Of a stretch of DNA of 55,186 bases, positions 27,628 through 37,565 are shown one piece after another. The stretch covers positions 1 through 55,186 of IMG/VR virus record IMGVR_UViG_3300030099_006009. One strand, written 5' to 3'. A program made the position numbers and the translations under genes. Source of the DNA: a virus. Lineage: Duplodnaviria > Caudoviricetes. Every line of letters starts with the position of its first letter. Position 1 is the first letter of the stretch. Below the pieces are notes generated by a model. The model saw nothing but the letters and a program-made list of their open reading frames with translations. It did not search any database and had not been told where the DNA came from.

Positions 27628-28984
27628 TTATATACCTCTCTAAATCTTCTGGTGTTCCTAATCCCCACATTTTTTCAATTGGGAATATTTTAATTTTCTT
27701 TTCATCCTCAATAGATTCATTGTAAACAGGACAAACATAAAATTCATTATTAGTTCGTATGTCTTTTTCAATCATTTGTTCAGCATACTTTACATAATCA
27801 GAACCCTTTCTCCAATAATAAACACCAACAGTAGCAATATTAGAAATAGGTTTCTTTTCAGCAACTTCAGTTACAAATCCATTTTCACCTAACTTAGCAA
27901 ATGACCACTTAGGATGAGTTGCTTCAAATGAAACAATGCCACCATCAACATCATCAGCAACCATAGAGTACATAAACTCATTACTATCCCACTCTAAAAA
28001 TTGATCTGAATTAGCCATTACTAATGGTTCATCATTATCTATTAATTCTTTTGCCAATAAAGTTGTACAAGCAGCTCCCTCTGTTATCCCATCCACTTGA
28101 ACAATCTCACAATTATTATCGGTTATTAAATTTAACAGATACTTTAAATTATATTTTTTATAATGATTCTTTTGAACAATAAATATATGTTTAGCATCTA
28201 TATTCAAATTCTCAACTACAACTTGTATCATCGGTTTACCATTAACCTCAATCAAAGGTTTTGGAAATGTATAACCTGCTTGTTCAAATCTTGAACCGGC
28301 ACCTGCCATTGGTATTAATACATTCATATCTCCACCTTGCCATTTTGGTTTAACCTCTCCATTTTTATTAGCCAAATCTATGACTCTCTTTACCTTTTCA
28401 TAAGAAACATCGTTACTATCTTCCACCGCACATAAATGAGCACCACTACTTAAAGCACCTTTTCTGCCTATATGCGAATCCTCTATTATAACAGTTTCAT
28501 TCGGATTAACTTCGGCTTTAATCATGCATCTTAAATATATTTCCGAATTAGGTTTTGGGTTTTTTACATCTTGATTTGTGTATAAAAAATCAATGTGTTC
28601 AAAGAAACCCTTTCTTATGAGTTGTAATTTAGCAGTTTTTCTAATTGAATTTGTAGCACAAGCTATTATATAACCTTCTGACTTTAAGCTTCTTAATATA
28701 CTTTGTATTCTATCATCGACTGAAAACCCATCGATTATTTTTAAAGTCATATCCTGTTTCATATTATGTATGGTATCGTGTAGTTTCTCTGACAAATCTT
28801 TGTTTTTAGATAACATTTTAAGTTTTCTCGTAGTTGTTAACCCATCGTATGTAGAAAGATGCTCATCTCTTTGAATTATATATTTTTCATCAATAGAACC
28901 TAATGCTTTATTTAATGCTTTGTAATGTAACTCCCTAGCATCAACCAAAACACCATCTAAATCAAATATTATAAGTTTTATCAT
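27608..28984 (-). CDS. HAD phosphatase / sugar-phosphate nucleotidyltransferase fusion
   Basis: FDLDGVL, KPNSEIY, IEDS; then IPMAGAGSRF, PKPLI, EKKPIS, LGTPEDL. Confidence 0.9.
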   Translation of the reverse strand: MIKLIIFDLDGVLVDARELHYKALNKALGSIDEKYIIQRDEHLSTYDGLTTTRKLKMLSKNKDLSEKLHDTIHNMKQDMTLKIIDGFSVDDRIQSILRSLKSEGYIIACATNSIRKTAKLQLIRKGFFEHIDFLYTNQDVKNPKPNSEIYLRCMIKAEVNPNETVIIEDSHIGRKGALSSGAHLCAVEDSNDVSYEKVKRVIDLANKNGEVKPKWQGGDMNVLIPMAGAGSRFEQAGYTFPKPLIEVNGKPMIQVVVENLNIDAKHIFIVQKNHYKKYNLKYLLNLITDNNCEIVQVDGITEGAACTTLLAKELIDNDEPLVMANSDQFLEWDSNEFMYSMVADDVDGGIVSFEATHPKWSFAKLGENGFVTEVAEKKPISNIATVGVYYWRKGSDYVKYAEQMIEKDIRTNNEFYVCPVYNESIEDEKKIKIFPIEKMWGLGTPEDLERYINDFNST

Positions 28985-29730
28985 ATTCTACTCTCCAGGT
29001 AATGGTCTTGTACATCAACATGACCTACATGAAGTATAATTTCATTTCCACATCCTATGTAACCACTACCAACTCCCCATTGCTGTGGCATTGAATAAGG
29101 ATGTATACCGATATTCCAACTAGCTCTACTCATCTGTAGTGGTGCTCTTTTTGGATTAGTCTCCATCAATCTACAGAACTCACTCAACCAAGCTCTACCC
29201 CTATTATCACTCACATCAAAACTACACCACCATAAATCATAGGTTAATAAATTACCCTTACTTTCATCTTCATTCAAATGATAATCACCATCGTTTCCTC
29301 TTGTGTGTATGCCATCAACTTTTACCATCTGTCTTTCATTGGTTGGAACACAAACACCAAACCTTTTTGTTATTGGTAATATGGTTCTCACATCTGGTGA
29401 AACAAACATAAGGTCCGAATCAACTGATATAGCAACGTCAGCAGTTGACTCCAATAAACCTTTAGCTTCGTAGTAATCACAACAATGCCAGCCCCATCTA
29501 TGATTAGACTTTGTAAAAGGACTTTCGTCTATATCAACTAACCTCACTTCAACATCAGGATAGTTTTTACCTAACTCTTCAATATCAGTATACAATGTTA
29601 ACTTAGCTTCTGGAAAGAATTTTTTCACAGAAGAATATGTTGGATCTAATCTAAACTCATCAGTAAAACTTCCTGGTTGATTAGCAGTAGACCTAGAACC
29701 AAATTCTGAAAATATAAACTCTACATTCAT
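28981..29730 (-). CDS. Putative GT-A-fold protein
   Basis: LYTD and SVDSDLMF (DXD); island context. Confidence 0.5.
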   Translation of the reverse strand: MNVEFIFSEFGSRSTANQPGSFTDEFRLDPTYSSVKKFFPEAKLTLYTDIEELGKNYPDVEVRLVDIDESPFTKSNHRWGWHCCDYYEAKGLLESTADVAISVDSDLMFVSPDVRTILPITKRFGVCVPTNERQMVKVDGIHTRGNDGDYHLNEDESKGNLLTYDLWWCSFDVSDNRGRAWLSEFCRLMETNPKRAPLQMSRASWNIGIHPYSMPQQWGVGSGYIGCGNEIILHVGHVDVQDHYLESRI

Positions 29731-30155
29731 TACCCTCTCTCCTCTATAATTTTAGCTATGGTATTAGTAGTGCTATAATCATGATCTCTACTATTGAATA
29801 TTATATCGATTGGCAAATCATCTCCTGTAAATGGTTTTCCTTTATGGTCTGCTCCTAATATACGGACATCAATAAATCCTACATTGTTGGATAGGTATTT
29901 ATATAGTGCTGGTTCACCATCGTATAAAAAAGCATCGTCAACATGCCTATTTGATTTTACCATTAACAACCTTTCTTCAGCTGTCCAAATAGGTTCATTT
30001 TTAATTCTGCCATCTGGCTGACTAATTTTAGTTTTATATTCATTAACTGCTACTATTAAATGGTCACAGTATTGTGTACATTCTTTTAACATCATAACAT
30101 GACCAGGATGCATGATATCGAAGTATCCGCTAGTAAATCCTATTTTCTGTATCAA
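29730..30155 (-). CDS. Cytidylyltransferase (TagD/RfaE-like, HIGH superfamily)
   Basis: GYFDIMHPGH, LIVAV, ER, YSTT. Confidence 0.88.
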   Translation of the reverse strand: MIQKIGFTSGYFDIMHPGHVMMLKECTQYCDHLIVAVNEYKTKISQPDGRIKNEPIWTAEERLLMVKSNRHVDDAFLYDGEPALYKYLSNNVGFIDVRILGADHKGKPFTGDDLPIDIIFNSRDHDYSTTNTIAKIIEERG

Positions 30156-30955
30156 AATAACTCCTCATAAACTCTCTTCATCCAATAAGTCCTATCTCTA
30201 CCCATATCATTGTGAGGTATAGCATTGAATTGGTAAACCCAACCCGAATTATACAAATTAGTTAAGCTATCTTCCCAATAACATTTTGGATGATGATAAA
30301 ACAAATTCTTTCTAACCATATCCATCATACCAAATTGTCTTGGTAGTAAGTTCAGCTCTAAGTTAAACTCTTTTCTCATGCAATTTATCAATGCTATATC
30401 ACTTCCAGTAAGTAGTATATCATAAGATTCTATAATTTTTTTTCTATTTTTTTCATAAAAATCAAAAACTTTATCAAAAAACCATTTGTGTTTCTTACTA
30501 ATAATCACAAAGCCAGTTTGAAAAAACTCATAAGATGGTATACAAAACCCTTTGTTCCAAAACATTTTAGAGTAACCATTGATAGCTCTATTTACCCACT
30601 CATAATCACCATCAGTAAGAACACTTGTGAATTGATTATTTGTTAATTCAAAAAAATCAGGACAATTAGGATGAACTATAGAATCAGCATCAACAACTAA
30701 TACTTGGTCATACTCTATTTGATTGTGCTCTAGTATATCTAAAACACGCCATCTCTGCCAAGTTATTAACATATGAGATTCTGGACATAATAACTCTGAC
30801 ATAATGTAAACCTCGTGTCCATTTTTTTCAGCCCAAGCTTTCCAAGAGTTTATTCCATATTCATAACCTTGATGTCTATTTGAATGACCTATACTTGATT
30901 GAGCAGTTACATTTTTTTCTCTTTTTATATAAGGTATAAAAATTATATTCTTCAT
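30152..30955 (-). CDS. GT-A glycosyltransferase (GT8/GT34-like)
   Basis: YDQVLVVDADS, FFQTGFV. Confidence 0.7.
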   Translation of the reverse strand: MKNIIFIPYIKREKNVTAQSSIGHSNRHQGYEYGINSWKAWAEKNGHEVYIMSELLCPESHMLITWQRWRVLDILEHNQIEYDQVLVVDADSIVHPNCPDFFELTNNQFTSVLTDGDYEWVNRAINGYSKMFWNKGFCIPSYEFFQTGFVIISKKHKWFFDKVFDFYEKNRKKIIESYDILLTGSDIALINCMRKEFNLELNLLPRQFGMMDMVRKNLFYHHPKCYWEDSLTNLYNSGWVYQFNAIPHNDMGRDRTYWMKRVYEELF

Positions 30956-31638
30956 TTTTTACCTGTATGTTTGTCTAAGTAAAAATATAAATTGTCTCTA
31001 CAATCACTATTCATATAATTAAATTTAAATTTATTTTTCCAAGCAACGTAATTAAAACTCAATTGATCTCTCTTACTACCATATTTAATTTCTTTCCACC
31101 AATCTTCCATAACCTTAATACAATCTTTCTCATTATGTCTTCTTAATATTACACCACCAGTTATTAATCCATTCTGTTCAGGATAATTATCATTCATATA
31201 TCTTTCCATTTGATTTATTATGACTTTTGGATTATCTTTATAATTTTTCATTCCTCTTTCAGGAGTTATTTTCATATTTTTTTCACCGAACATCAGAATA
31301 GTTCTAGCCTCATCATAAATACAATTTCTTTTATCATAGGCCGGTTGTGAATCATGATTATGAAAAACTGCATTAACATTATTTAAATATTTATCTACTA
31401 ACTCATTAACATCTCTCTTTATTATATAATTACCATCTATGTAAATACTGATTTCATATCCTTCGAGAAACCTATGTGGTAGTATCTTATATCGTTTAGC
31501 ATTTCTCATGTTATCTTCATATATAGGTAAACTATTTTGCTCACTAAAACACTTCCAATCCCAACCTTCCGGTAACTGTGGTTCTACTACATCATCATAG
31601 TTTCCAAATACAGAAGTATATACAATTTTTTTGTTCAC
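30952..31638 (-). CDS. DUF616 (TOD1/MUCI70-like) glycosyltransferase
   Basis: VYTSVFGNYD, KILPH, YIDGN, RNCIYDE, RDQLSFNY. Confidence 0.85.
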   Translation of the reverse strand: MNKKIVYTSVFGNYDDVVEPQLPEGWDWKCFSEQNSLPIYEDNMRNAKRYKILPHRFLEGYEISIYIDGNYIIKRDVNELVDKYLNNVNAVFHNHDSQPAYDKRNCIYDEARTILMFGEKNMKITPERGMKNYKDNPKVIINQMERYMNDNYPEQNGLITGGVILRRHNEKDCIKVMEDWWKEIKYGSKRDQLSFNYVAWKNKFKFNYMNSDCRDNLYFYLDKHTGKK

Positions 31639-32504
31639 AGATAGGTTTCCCCTTCTACAAAATTATGTGCTATTGGAAATTGTCTTTGTACCTCATAACA
31701 ATCTGAGTATCTGGCAACGATGTGATTAGCACCACATTGATTACTTATATTCACTTTGGCTTTAGATTTTATATAAAGCTGTATTCTCAAATGCATATGT
31801 TTCATATCTAAAGCTTTATCAACCGTTTTATACCCTATATCATCCAAGTCCTTATAGCTCCAATAAAAATATGGAAGTTTATTATCGTTTAAAAATTTAT
31901 CTATTTTAGTATAGTCATTTTTGTAAGATTCTTCATCATACTTACCATACTGTGTGCCAAATCTGTCTGATATTAACAAACAACCAAACTCTTTATTACC
32001 AACATATTCACTAATGATAGCATCACCCAATTCCCTTTCCTCATCAGACCAATATACCTCTGGTTGAGAATCTTTTATTTCCTCCTTATTGAATTGCCAA
32101 AAAGTTAGCATTTGTTTTACTAATGGTATGTTTGGATTATCTTTATCATATATTCTGTAATGGTCGTGGTATACTTCACCATCTATTTTATCAACAAACT
32201 CATCTATATATGGATTATTGTCAAATGTTATATGAACATTATTATGTTCTTGTCCGAATAATTTTTTTAAAAGTTTTTTAGATGGTACGACCACTTTACA
32301 ATTAGGATACTTTTCTTTAAGTAATCTTGGCATAGCTGTCACAATGCCCCAATCACCAATACCACTAGCAGTCTTCATAACCATAAATTCTTGCCTATCT
32401 AAATACTCATCTGGTATAAATAAACCCTCAGATTTTTCGAAACCTAAATTATCAGTTTCTTTAACATGATATAAATTATTGTCTAAAATTCGAAGAAAAA
32501 TCAT
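31635..32504 (-). CDS. GT9-like glycosyltransferase
   Basis: GIGD, LKEKYP, NNPYIDE, G..HI. Confidence 0.65.
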   Translation of the reverse strand: MIFLRILDNNLYHVKETDNLGFEKSEGLFIPDEYLDRQEFMVMKTASGIGDWGIVTAMPRLLKEKYPNCKVVVPSKKLLKKLFGQEHNNVHITFDNNPYIDEFVDKIDGEVYHDHYRIYDKDNPNIPLVKQMLTFWQFNKEEIKDSQPEVYWSDEERELGDAIISEYVGNKEFGCLLISDRFGTQYGKYDEESYKNDYTKIDKFLNDNKLPYFYWSYKDLDDIGYKTVDKALDMKHMHLRIQLYIKSKAKVNISNQCGANHIVARYSDCYEVQRQFPIAHNFVEGETYL

Positions 32505-33133
32505 TTGATACTGTTTATTTCTTCATTATAAAATCTATTCTGCTCTACTTGTCTCTGTATTGTTTTTGGGTGAACAATAGAATACTTTTGCTCCATCGGT
32601 AAATGTGCATAAGTTTGAAATCCCACTATCTGTTCGTGGACAGGTTTTTCCCAACGTATGTTTGGTCGGTTACGAAAGATACGACCTTGCCAGTCAGGAT
32701 AGTTTATCCATCCCTTTTCATTTATTTGATACCCATACATTCTACAATGCTCTTCCGTTATCCCATCTACCGTGTTTATTCTTGGAACATATATCAAATC
32801 AACTTCATTACCATCAAGTATCTCATGTATATCTTTCATGAACCAATGTGAAACCATTTCATCCGCATCCAAATTAAAACTATAATCACCAGAACACATA
32901 TTCTTAAGGTAGTTTTTTTGACTGGCAAAATCATGTAATAGATTTCTTTGGTCTAATACAACATCCTCTGCTGATGAATAATAATCCAAAATAGCTTTGG
33001 TTTTTTCCTCAGTAGAATAATCATCTAATACAACGATCTCGTCCTGTGGTTGTTTAAATTTTACTAAAAATTCTAATAATTTTTCAAGAGTGTCGGTTTC
33101 ATTATGAACCAACATTGAGTAACTAATTTTCAT
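32501..33133 (-). CDS. Glycosyltransferase family 2
   Basis: HNE, DDYS, LDADE, YPDWQGR, VHE. Confidence 0.9.
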   Translation of the reverse strand: MKISYSMLVHNETDTLEKLLEFLVKFKQPQDEIVVLDDYSTEEKTKAILDYYSSAEDVVLDQRNLLHDFASQKNYLKNMCSGDYSFNLDADEMVSHWFMKDIHEILDGNEVDLIYVPRINTVDGITEEHCRMYGYQINEKGWINYPDWQGRIFRNRPNIRWEKPVHEQIVGFQTYAHLPMEQKYSIVHPKTIQRQVEQNRFYNEEINSIK

Positions 33134-33588
33134 TGAATAAATTGAGTATTTATTTGTGTAACTTTTAGTGAGGTCAATTTACCTATTTTATAAGCTCTAT
33201 ATGCTTCTTTAAAAAATTTATCAGATAATATTACATCACTATAAAATCTTTTGGTGGACATTGCAGACCTTTTCTTTGGGTTAGAAATCTGAATCCTAAA
33301 ATAATCATCAGTTAAATTAATTAGATTTTCGACTTCATCCAACTTAGTTTTTTTGAAATCCATTACTTGGAATAATTTTTTTAACTTAGTTGGGTTAAGA
33401 TAATTTAAATTTAAACCTTCAATATTTTTTGTCTTACTGTCTTCATGTAAAAAAAGTAAAATAGGACGAGGATCCATAACACCTTGTTCAGAATAGTTAA
33501 ATGTGACTATCATACCAGGTATTAGCCTACGAGATGGGACTGTTTGAATTGACTTAATTATCCGTCTGTTGTTGTATCGTCTTGCCAA
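33130..33588 (-). CDS. T4 gp2-like DNA end protector homolog (tentative)
   Basis: PGMIVTFNY..DPRPILL..IEGLNLNYL resembles gp2 G.MY.F.Y..YD.FPL..GLNLHYL. Confidence 0.55.
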   Translation of the reverse strand: MARRYNNRRIIKSIQTVPSRRLIPGMIVTFNYSEQGVMDPRPILLFLHEDSKTKNIEGLNLNYLNPTKLKKLFQVMDFKKTKLDEVENLINLTDDYFRIQISNPKKRSAMSTKRFYSDVILSDKFFKEAYRAYKIGKLTSLKVTQINTQFIQ

Positions 33589-33955
33589 GAACTTTCTCCA
33601 TTTTTTCTACCATTTTATAAGCATCAGAAAATAGTGGGACCACCACCTCTGTCTCAGGACTCTGATGAGCAAATATTCTCCATTTTAATACACCATCATC
33701 AACCATAGGAATAACATTATAGTTTTCCGTGGTGAACACCGATGGTGCCCAATATCTACCCTTATCTGTTTCTATACATACATCTTTAAAATCTTCAGGA
33801 AAGGGTTTGATGTGAGTTTTCATTTTACTATTAGAAGCGTACCCACAGGCTAAACATTGCATATTTTGTTCACCATCACCTAACAATACCATTGACTCTT
33901 CTATCTCACTACAAGTTTCTAGTGGACACTTAACTCTTAACACAAAATCTTCCAT
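33554..33955 (-). CDS. Hypothetical Zn-ribbon protein
   Basis: CPLETC...CLACG. Confidence 0.65.
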   Translation of the reverse strand: MEDFVLRVKCPLETCSEIEESMVLLGDGEQNMQCLACGYASNSKMKTHIKPFPEDFKDVCIETDKGRYWAPSVFTTENYNVIPMVDDGVLKWRIFAHQSPETEVVVPLFSDAYKMVEKMEKVLGKTIQQQTDN

Positions 33956-35310
33956 TATGTTACCTTCTTTAATTTTGGTAATTTAAGTTTTGGTGGTTGT
34001 GGATTTTCGCCATCAACTTTTTTAAGTTTTGGTAATTTTAGACTAACAGCTTGTGGTGTTTCTTTTAACACATCATTAATAATACCATTAAATTTATTTG
34101 CCATAGCTTTTAGAGAAAACTCTCTTCTGTTTTTTTTACCTAAACGAGTAGCTTTCTTTTGTATTAATTTTCTTTTCTTGTGAAAAGTTCTAATTTTTCT
34201 AACTACATCCGCTTCATTTACATTAAACCACTTTGACGGTTCTACAATAATTGGTTTCCACAAAGCCGATTTAGGAACTTCTTTTAGAAACCCATCAATC
34301 AACATAGATTCTGAATCTGTAAGAAAGTCAAGATGACCACTCCATTTAGTAGCAATCACAGGTAAGTCACAGCAACTGGCTTCTAACATAGGTCTTCCAA
34401 ATCCCTCACCATGAGTACAAGTAATGAAAGCGGCAATCTTTGGATGATTGTAAAGTGTTGACATTTCTTCAATAGTAAAGTCACCGTGTATTAAATAAAT
34501 ATTAGGTAAGTCTACACCCGTAAACATATCTTTTACTTTTTGTATTTTCTTCTTTGTTTCGTCTCTATCAAGAATACTAAAGTTGGCACCACTGGTTTTA
34601 AGAACAAGTGCTGGTGGATTAATAATATTAGAAAATGCTTTCAAAAATGATTTTATTAAAACTCCGATGTTTTTTCTATCTTCACCAAAACCACCCTTAC
34701 CCCATTGCCCTACATGTAGATAAGCATAATCTTCTTTAATAAGTTCATTTAATTCTTGATACACATTTTTTTCTAATTCATGTTTTTCTTTAGGAAAATA
34801 TATGTCTGTATCAACTCCCTCGAACAATACAGCTATAGGTTTTTCATTCTTTATCTCACCGGCTTTTTGTTTTTGACCATTGGGTAAATCTTGCATCTTA
34901 TCGTATGTACAACGATTGAAAGTATCTGCCGTAAATTTAGATGGAACTATATTAAAGTTCATTCGATTCATACCCTCTAAAAATTCAGGAGACACAACAT
35001 CTGTTTCTACACCAGCAGTTATACCGATATTGACCTTAGCACCACTGGCAAACTCATTAGGTATCCGGATATCAATAAGAACGTCTGGTTGACCTTGTAT
35101 TTGTTCTTGATTTACAAAACTATCTAATAACTTTCTATGTCTTGGAACTTCAGGTCTTAGATGATTTCGTGGTGTGTTTCCCCACTTAACATCAAGACAT
35201 TTAATATCCAAATCTTCCCTATCCATAATAGAATAAAAAAGAGAACGAGCATGGTCACCATAACCACTACGGGTATTAAAAGGTGCAATCATAACTACTG
35301 AACGTTTCAT
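33955..35310 (-). CDS. Glycosyltransferase family 4-like
   Basis: SGYG, RKN, GEGFGRPMLEA, WSGHLDF. Confidence 0.9.
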   Translation of the reverse strand: MKRSVVMIAPFNTRSGYGDHARSLFYSIMDREDLDIKCLDVKWGNTPRNHLRPEVPRHRKLLDSFVNQEQIQGQPDVLIDIRIPNEFASGAKVNIGITAGVETDVVSPEFLEGMNRMNFNIVPSKFTADTFNRCTYDKMQDLPNGQKQKAGEIKNEKPIAVLFEGVDTDIYFPKEKHELEKNVYQELNELIKEDYAYLHVGQWGKGGFGEDRKNIGVLIKSFLKAFSNIINPPALVLKTSGANFSILDRDETKKKIQKVKDMFTGVDLPNIYLIHGDFTIEEMSTLYNHPKIAAFITCTHGEGFGRPMLEASCCDLPVIATKWSGHLDFLTDSESMLIDGFLKEVPKSALWKPIIVEPSKWFNVNEADVVRKIRTFHKKRKLIQKKATRLGKKNRREFSLKAMANKFNGIINDVLKETPQAVSLKLPKLKKVDGENPQPPKLKLPKLKKVT

Positions 35311-36668
35311 ACTGCCTCCATATGATATTTAGGTTGTGGTTTCCAATTATCAAAAGCATCATTCATAGAATCAATAAATCTCTGTCCCATAGCTTTTGAT
35401 GTCATTAGATTTTCTTTACAAAACTCAGTTCCTAACGAACCAAGTCTTTTTCTCTCTTCTCTACCCAAGTCGTATAGTTTTCTCAACTGAACAGCAGCAT
35501 CTTCGGGTTGACATCTGTCATCCCAAATGTAAGGTGTCATAGGAGAACCTTGTAAAGACCTGTTAGTTGGATAAACAGGAAATACCCATTCACCATGTTC
35601 GGTATAAGTTCCTTCATGATTAGAACCTAACTCTATATAATCATCAGGTGTTAATAACTCCCCATCTTTTCTAAAACCACATTGGTCTTGTAGACCACCA
35701 GTAACATTTACGATGATTGGTGTTCCAACGGTAAGTGCTTCACAACTACCTAATCCAAAACCCTCATTACTGGCAAGGTTGATATAAACATCAGACGAGT
35801 TAAATAATAAATTCATTTCATCATCATTGAAAGGTCTATTATCTATATTATAAGTAAAACAAATATCGTAGTCAGGACATAAATGTTTATGAACTCTTGG
35901 TAAATCTGTACCGTTTTCATCTATTGGAGAACAGTGAAAGATGAGAACACATTTTTCTCTTTGTTCAGGTGTTAATCCATCCATAAAATATTTGTATGCC
36001 AATAGAACATCACCTGGCATTTTTCTACGAATGTTTCTATTACTATAAAGTATCTTAAAGGTCTTATCAGATAAACCATACTTTACATCAAAATCCAATA
36101 GTGAAGTATTATCATCTTCTATCTTATGAAATCTTCTATTTGATATACCATGAGGTACATAAGTTATCTGCCAGTCATCATAATGAGGTAATAATCTTTT
36201 GTTAATACCATAAGTTTGTTTTGATATACCCATCAACAAATCACAACTTTTATAGTAGTTAGTATTGTATTGTGGATCTGGTAAGTCATCCCAAATGTTA
36301 TAGTAAAATATTGGAATATCTCTACGAATCTCAGATTCCATATTATAAAACCAAATCCAAAAACGAGGATCTGTATAGTGGAGTATCGCATCAGGTTTTT
36401 CCATTTCCATAACTTGTCTAAGTAAGTCTTCATTACCGTATCCACTCACTGGATATATTCTAAGATATCCATTTTTTATGCCAAAATCTTTTTCAAGACC
36501 TTCAGACATATCAACAATCTTTCCCTCTTCCGGATGTTTGATAGCTCCACCTAGTTGAACCCAATCGTATTCATTTAGTGTTTCAAACACAATGTCTTTT
36601 GATACAGTAGCTACTCCACTATGCATCCTTAAGTCATCAGACATCAATAATATTTTTTTCTTAGCCAT
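35307..36668 (-). CDS. Glycosyltransferase family 4-like
   Basis: VPHG, NRNIRRK, NEGFGLGSCEA, TGG. Confidence 0.9.
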   Translation of the reverse strand: MAKKKILLMSDDLRMHSGVATVSKDIVFETLNEYDWVQLGGAIKHPEEGKIVDMSEGLEKDFGIKNGYLRIYPVSGYGNEDLLRQVMEMEKPDAILHYTDPRFWIWFYNMESEIRRDIPIFYYNIWDDLPDPQYNTNYYKSCDLLMGISKQTYGINKRLLPHYDDWQITYVPHGISNRRFHKIEDDNTSLLDFDVKYGLSDKTFKILYSNRNIRRKMPGDVLLAYKYFMDGLTPEQREKCVLIFHCSPIDENGTDLPRVHKHLCPDYDICFTYNIDNRPFNDDEMNLLFNSSDVYINLASNEGFGLGSCEALTVGTPIIVNVTGGLQDQCGFRKDGELLTPDDYIELGSNHEGTYTEHGEWVFPVYPTNRSLQGSPMTPYIWDDRCQPEDAAVQLRKLYDLGREERKRLGSLGTEFCKENLMTSKAMGQRFIDSMNDAFDNWKPQPKYHMEAV

Positions 36669-36903
36669 TTATCAACTTCCTTGTGTCATCACCTTGATAA
36701 TCTTTAGGAAAATATTTATTCAGAACACTTAATTTATCATCATATTCGGCGATAAATTCTAACTCTTTTTCTATAGTTTCCATGATGTCAGCGTGTTCTG
36801 CCACACCGACTGAATTGTGTAATAGATTCTCAACATTAATACGATGTTTTTCTATGTGTGCCTCAAAATGTATTTTACTAGCTTTAATTAATTCTTCTCT
36901 CAT
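36661..36903 (-). CDS. Conserved hypothetical phage protein
   Basis: KHRINVE..L..VGVAEH..I.ETIE.EL pattern that I recall from marine T4-like phages. Confidence 0.7.
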   Translation of the reverse strand: MREELIKASKIHFEAHIEKHRINVENLLHNSVGVAEHADIMETIEKELEFIAEYDDKLSVLNKYFPKDYQGDDTRKLING

Positions 36904-37106
36904 CAGAATTGACTCCCACTTACATGAAGTTGGTCATAAGTTTCTATTTGTTCCTGAATAGTATTGTCATGTATGTATTGATGAATAGAACGATTGACTA
37001 ACTTTTGTAAATTCATTGATGAGTTGACAGTTTTAAACTTAAATTGTTCATATAGTGATTTAAGTATTTTTACAGATGTCAACTTTGTTAAACTATCTCT
37101 TTTCAT
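36903..37106 (-). CDS. Small putative DNA-binding protein (ribbon-helix-helix-like)
   Basis: KLTSVKI..LYEQFK...NLQKLVNRSI strand-helix-helix pattern. Confidence 0.55.
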   Translation of the reverse strand: MKRDSLTKLTSVKILKSLYEQFKFKTVNSSMNLQKLVNRSIHQYIHDNTIQEQIETYDQLHVSGSQF

Positions 37107-37148
37107 AACCGATTCCTTGTTTATAACTCGTATATATAAATATATGAC

Positions 37149-37565
37149 TCAATTAATAACAAGGGTTTTTTTTCCAAATTTCTTAGCATAATTTATGGTT
37201 GATACAGAACCTGGTGATTCAACTCCTCTTGGAATAAATGCCACAACATACTCTGAATGAATGGCAATCTGTTTATTACGAGCAAAGAAGTTTTTAACAC
37301 TATAAGGTTTACCATAATTCCTCTCATGTAGTGGACAATATAAATTATGTGCCTGATGTGCTGGTGGATACTCTTCATATTGTAATCCCAATTCAAGAGC
37401 ATACTTTTTAGCATAAAAATCAGCTCCTTTGGGACAACCACCACTCACGATGATTGTGGTGAGACCTTTCTCTTCTTTTAATTTAAAAATAAATTCTTTT
37501 ATCTTCTTTCGGTTTTCGTATTCTCGACTACCGACAATTCCTACCTTTAAAGGATTTTCCCCCAT
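37149..37565 (-). CDS. SLOG-superfamily protein (DprA/YspA/DUF2493-like)
   Basis: VGIVGSR, IVSGG..GAD, RNKQI, VVAF, G..STI. Confidence 0.8.
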   Translation of the reverse strand: MGENPLKVGIVGSREYENRKKIKEFIFKLKEEKGLTTIIVSGGCPKGADFYAKKYALELGLQYEEYPPAHQAHNLYCPLHERNYGKPYSVKNFFARNKQIAIHSEYVVAFIPRGVESPGSVSTINYAKKFGKKTLVIN

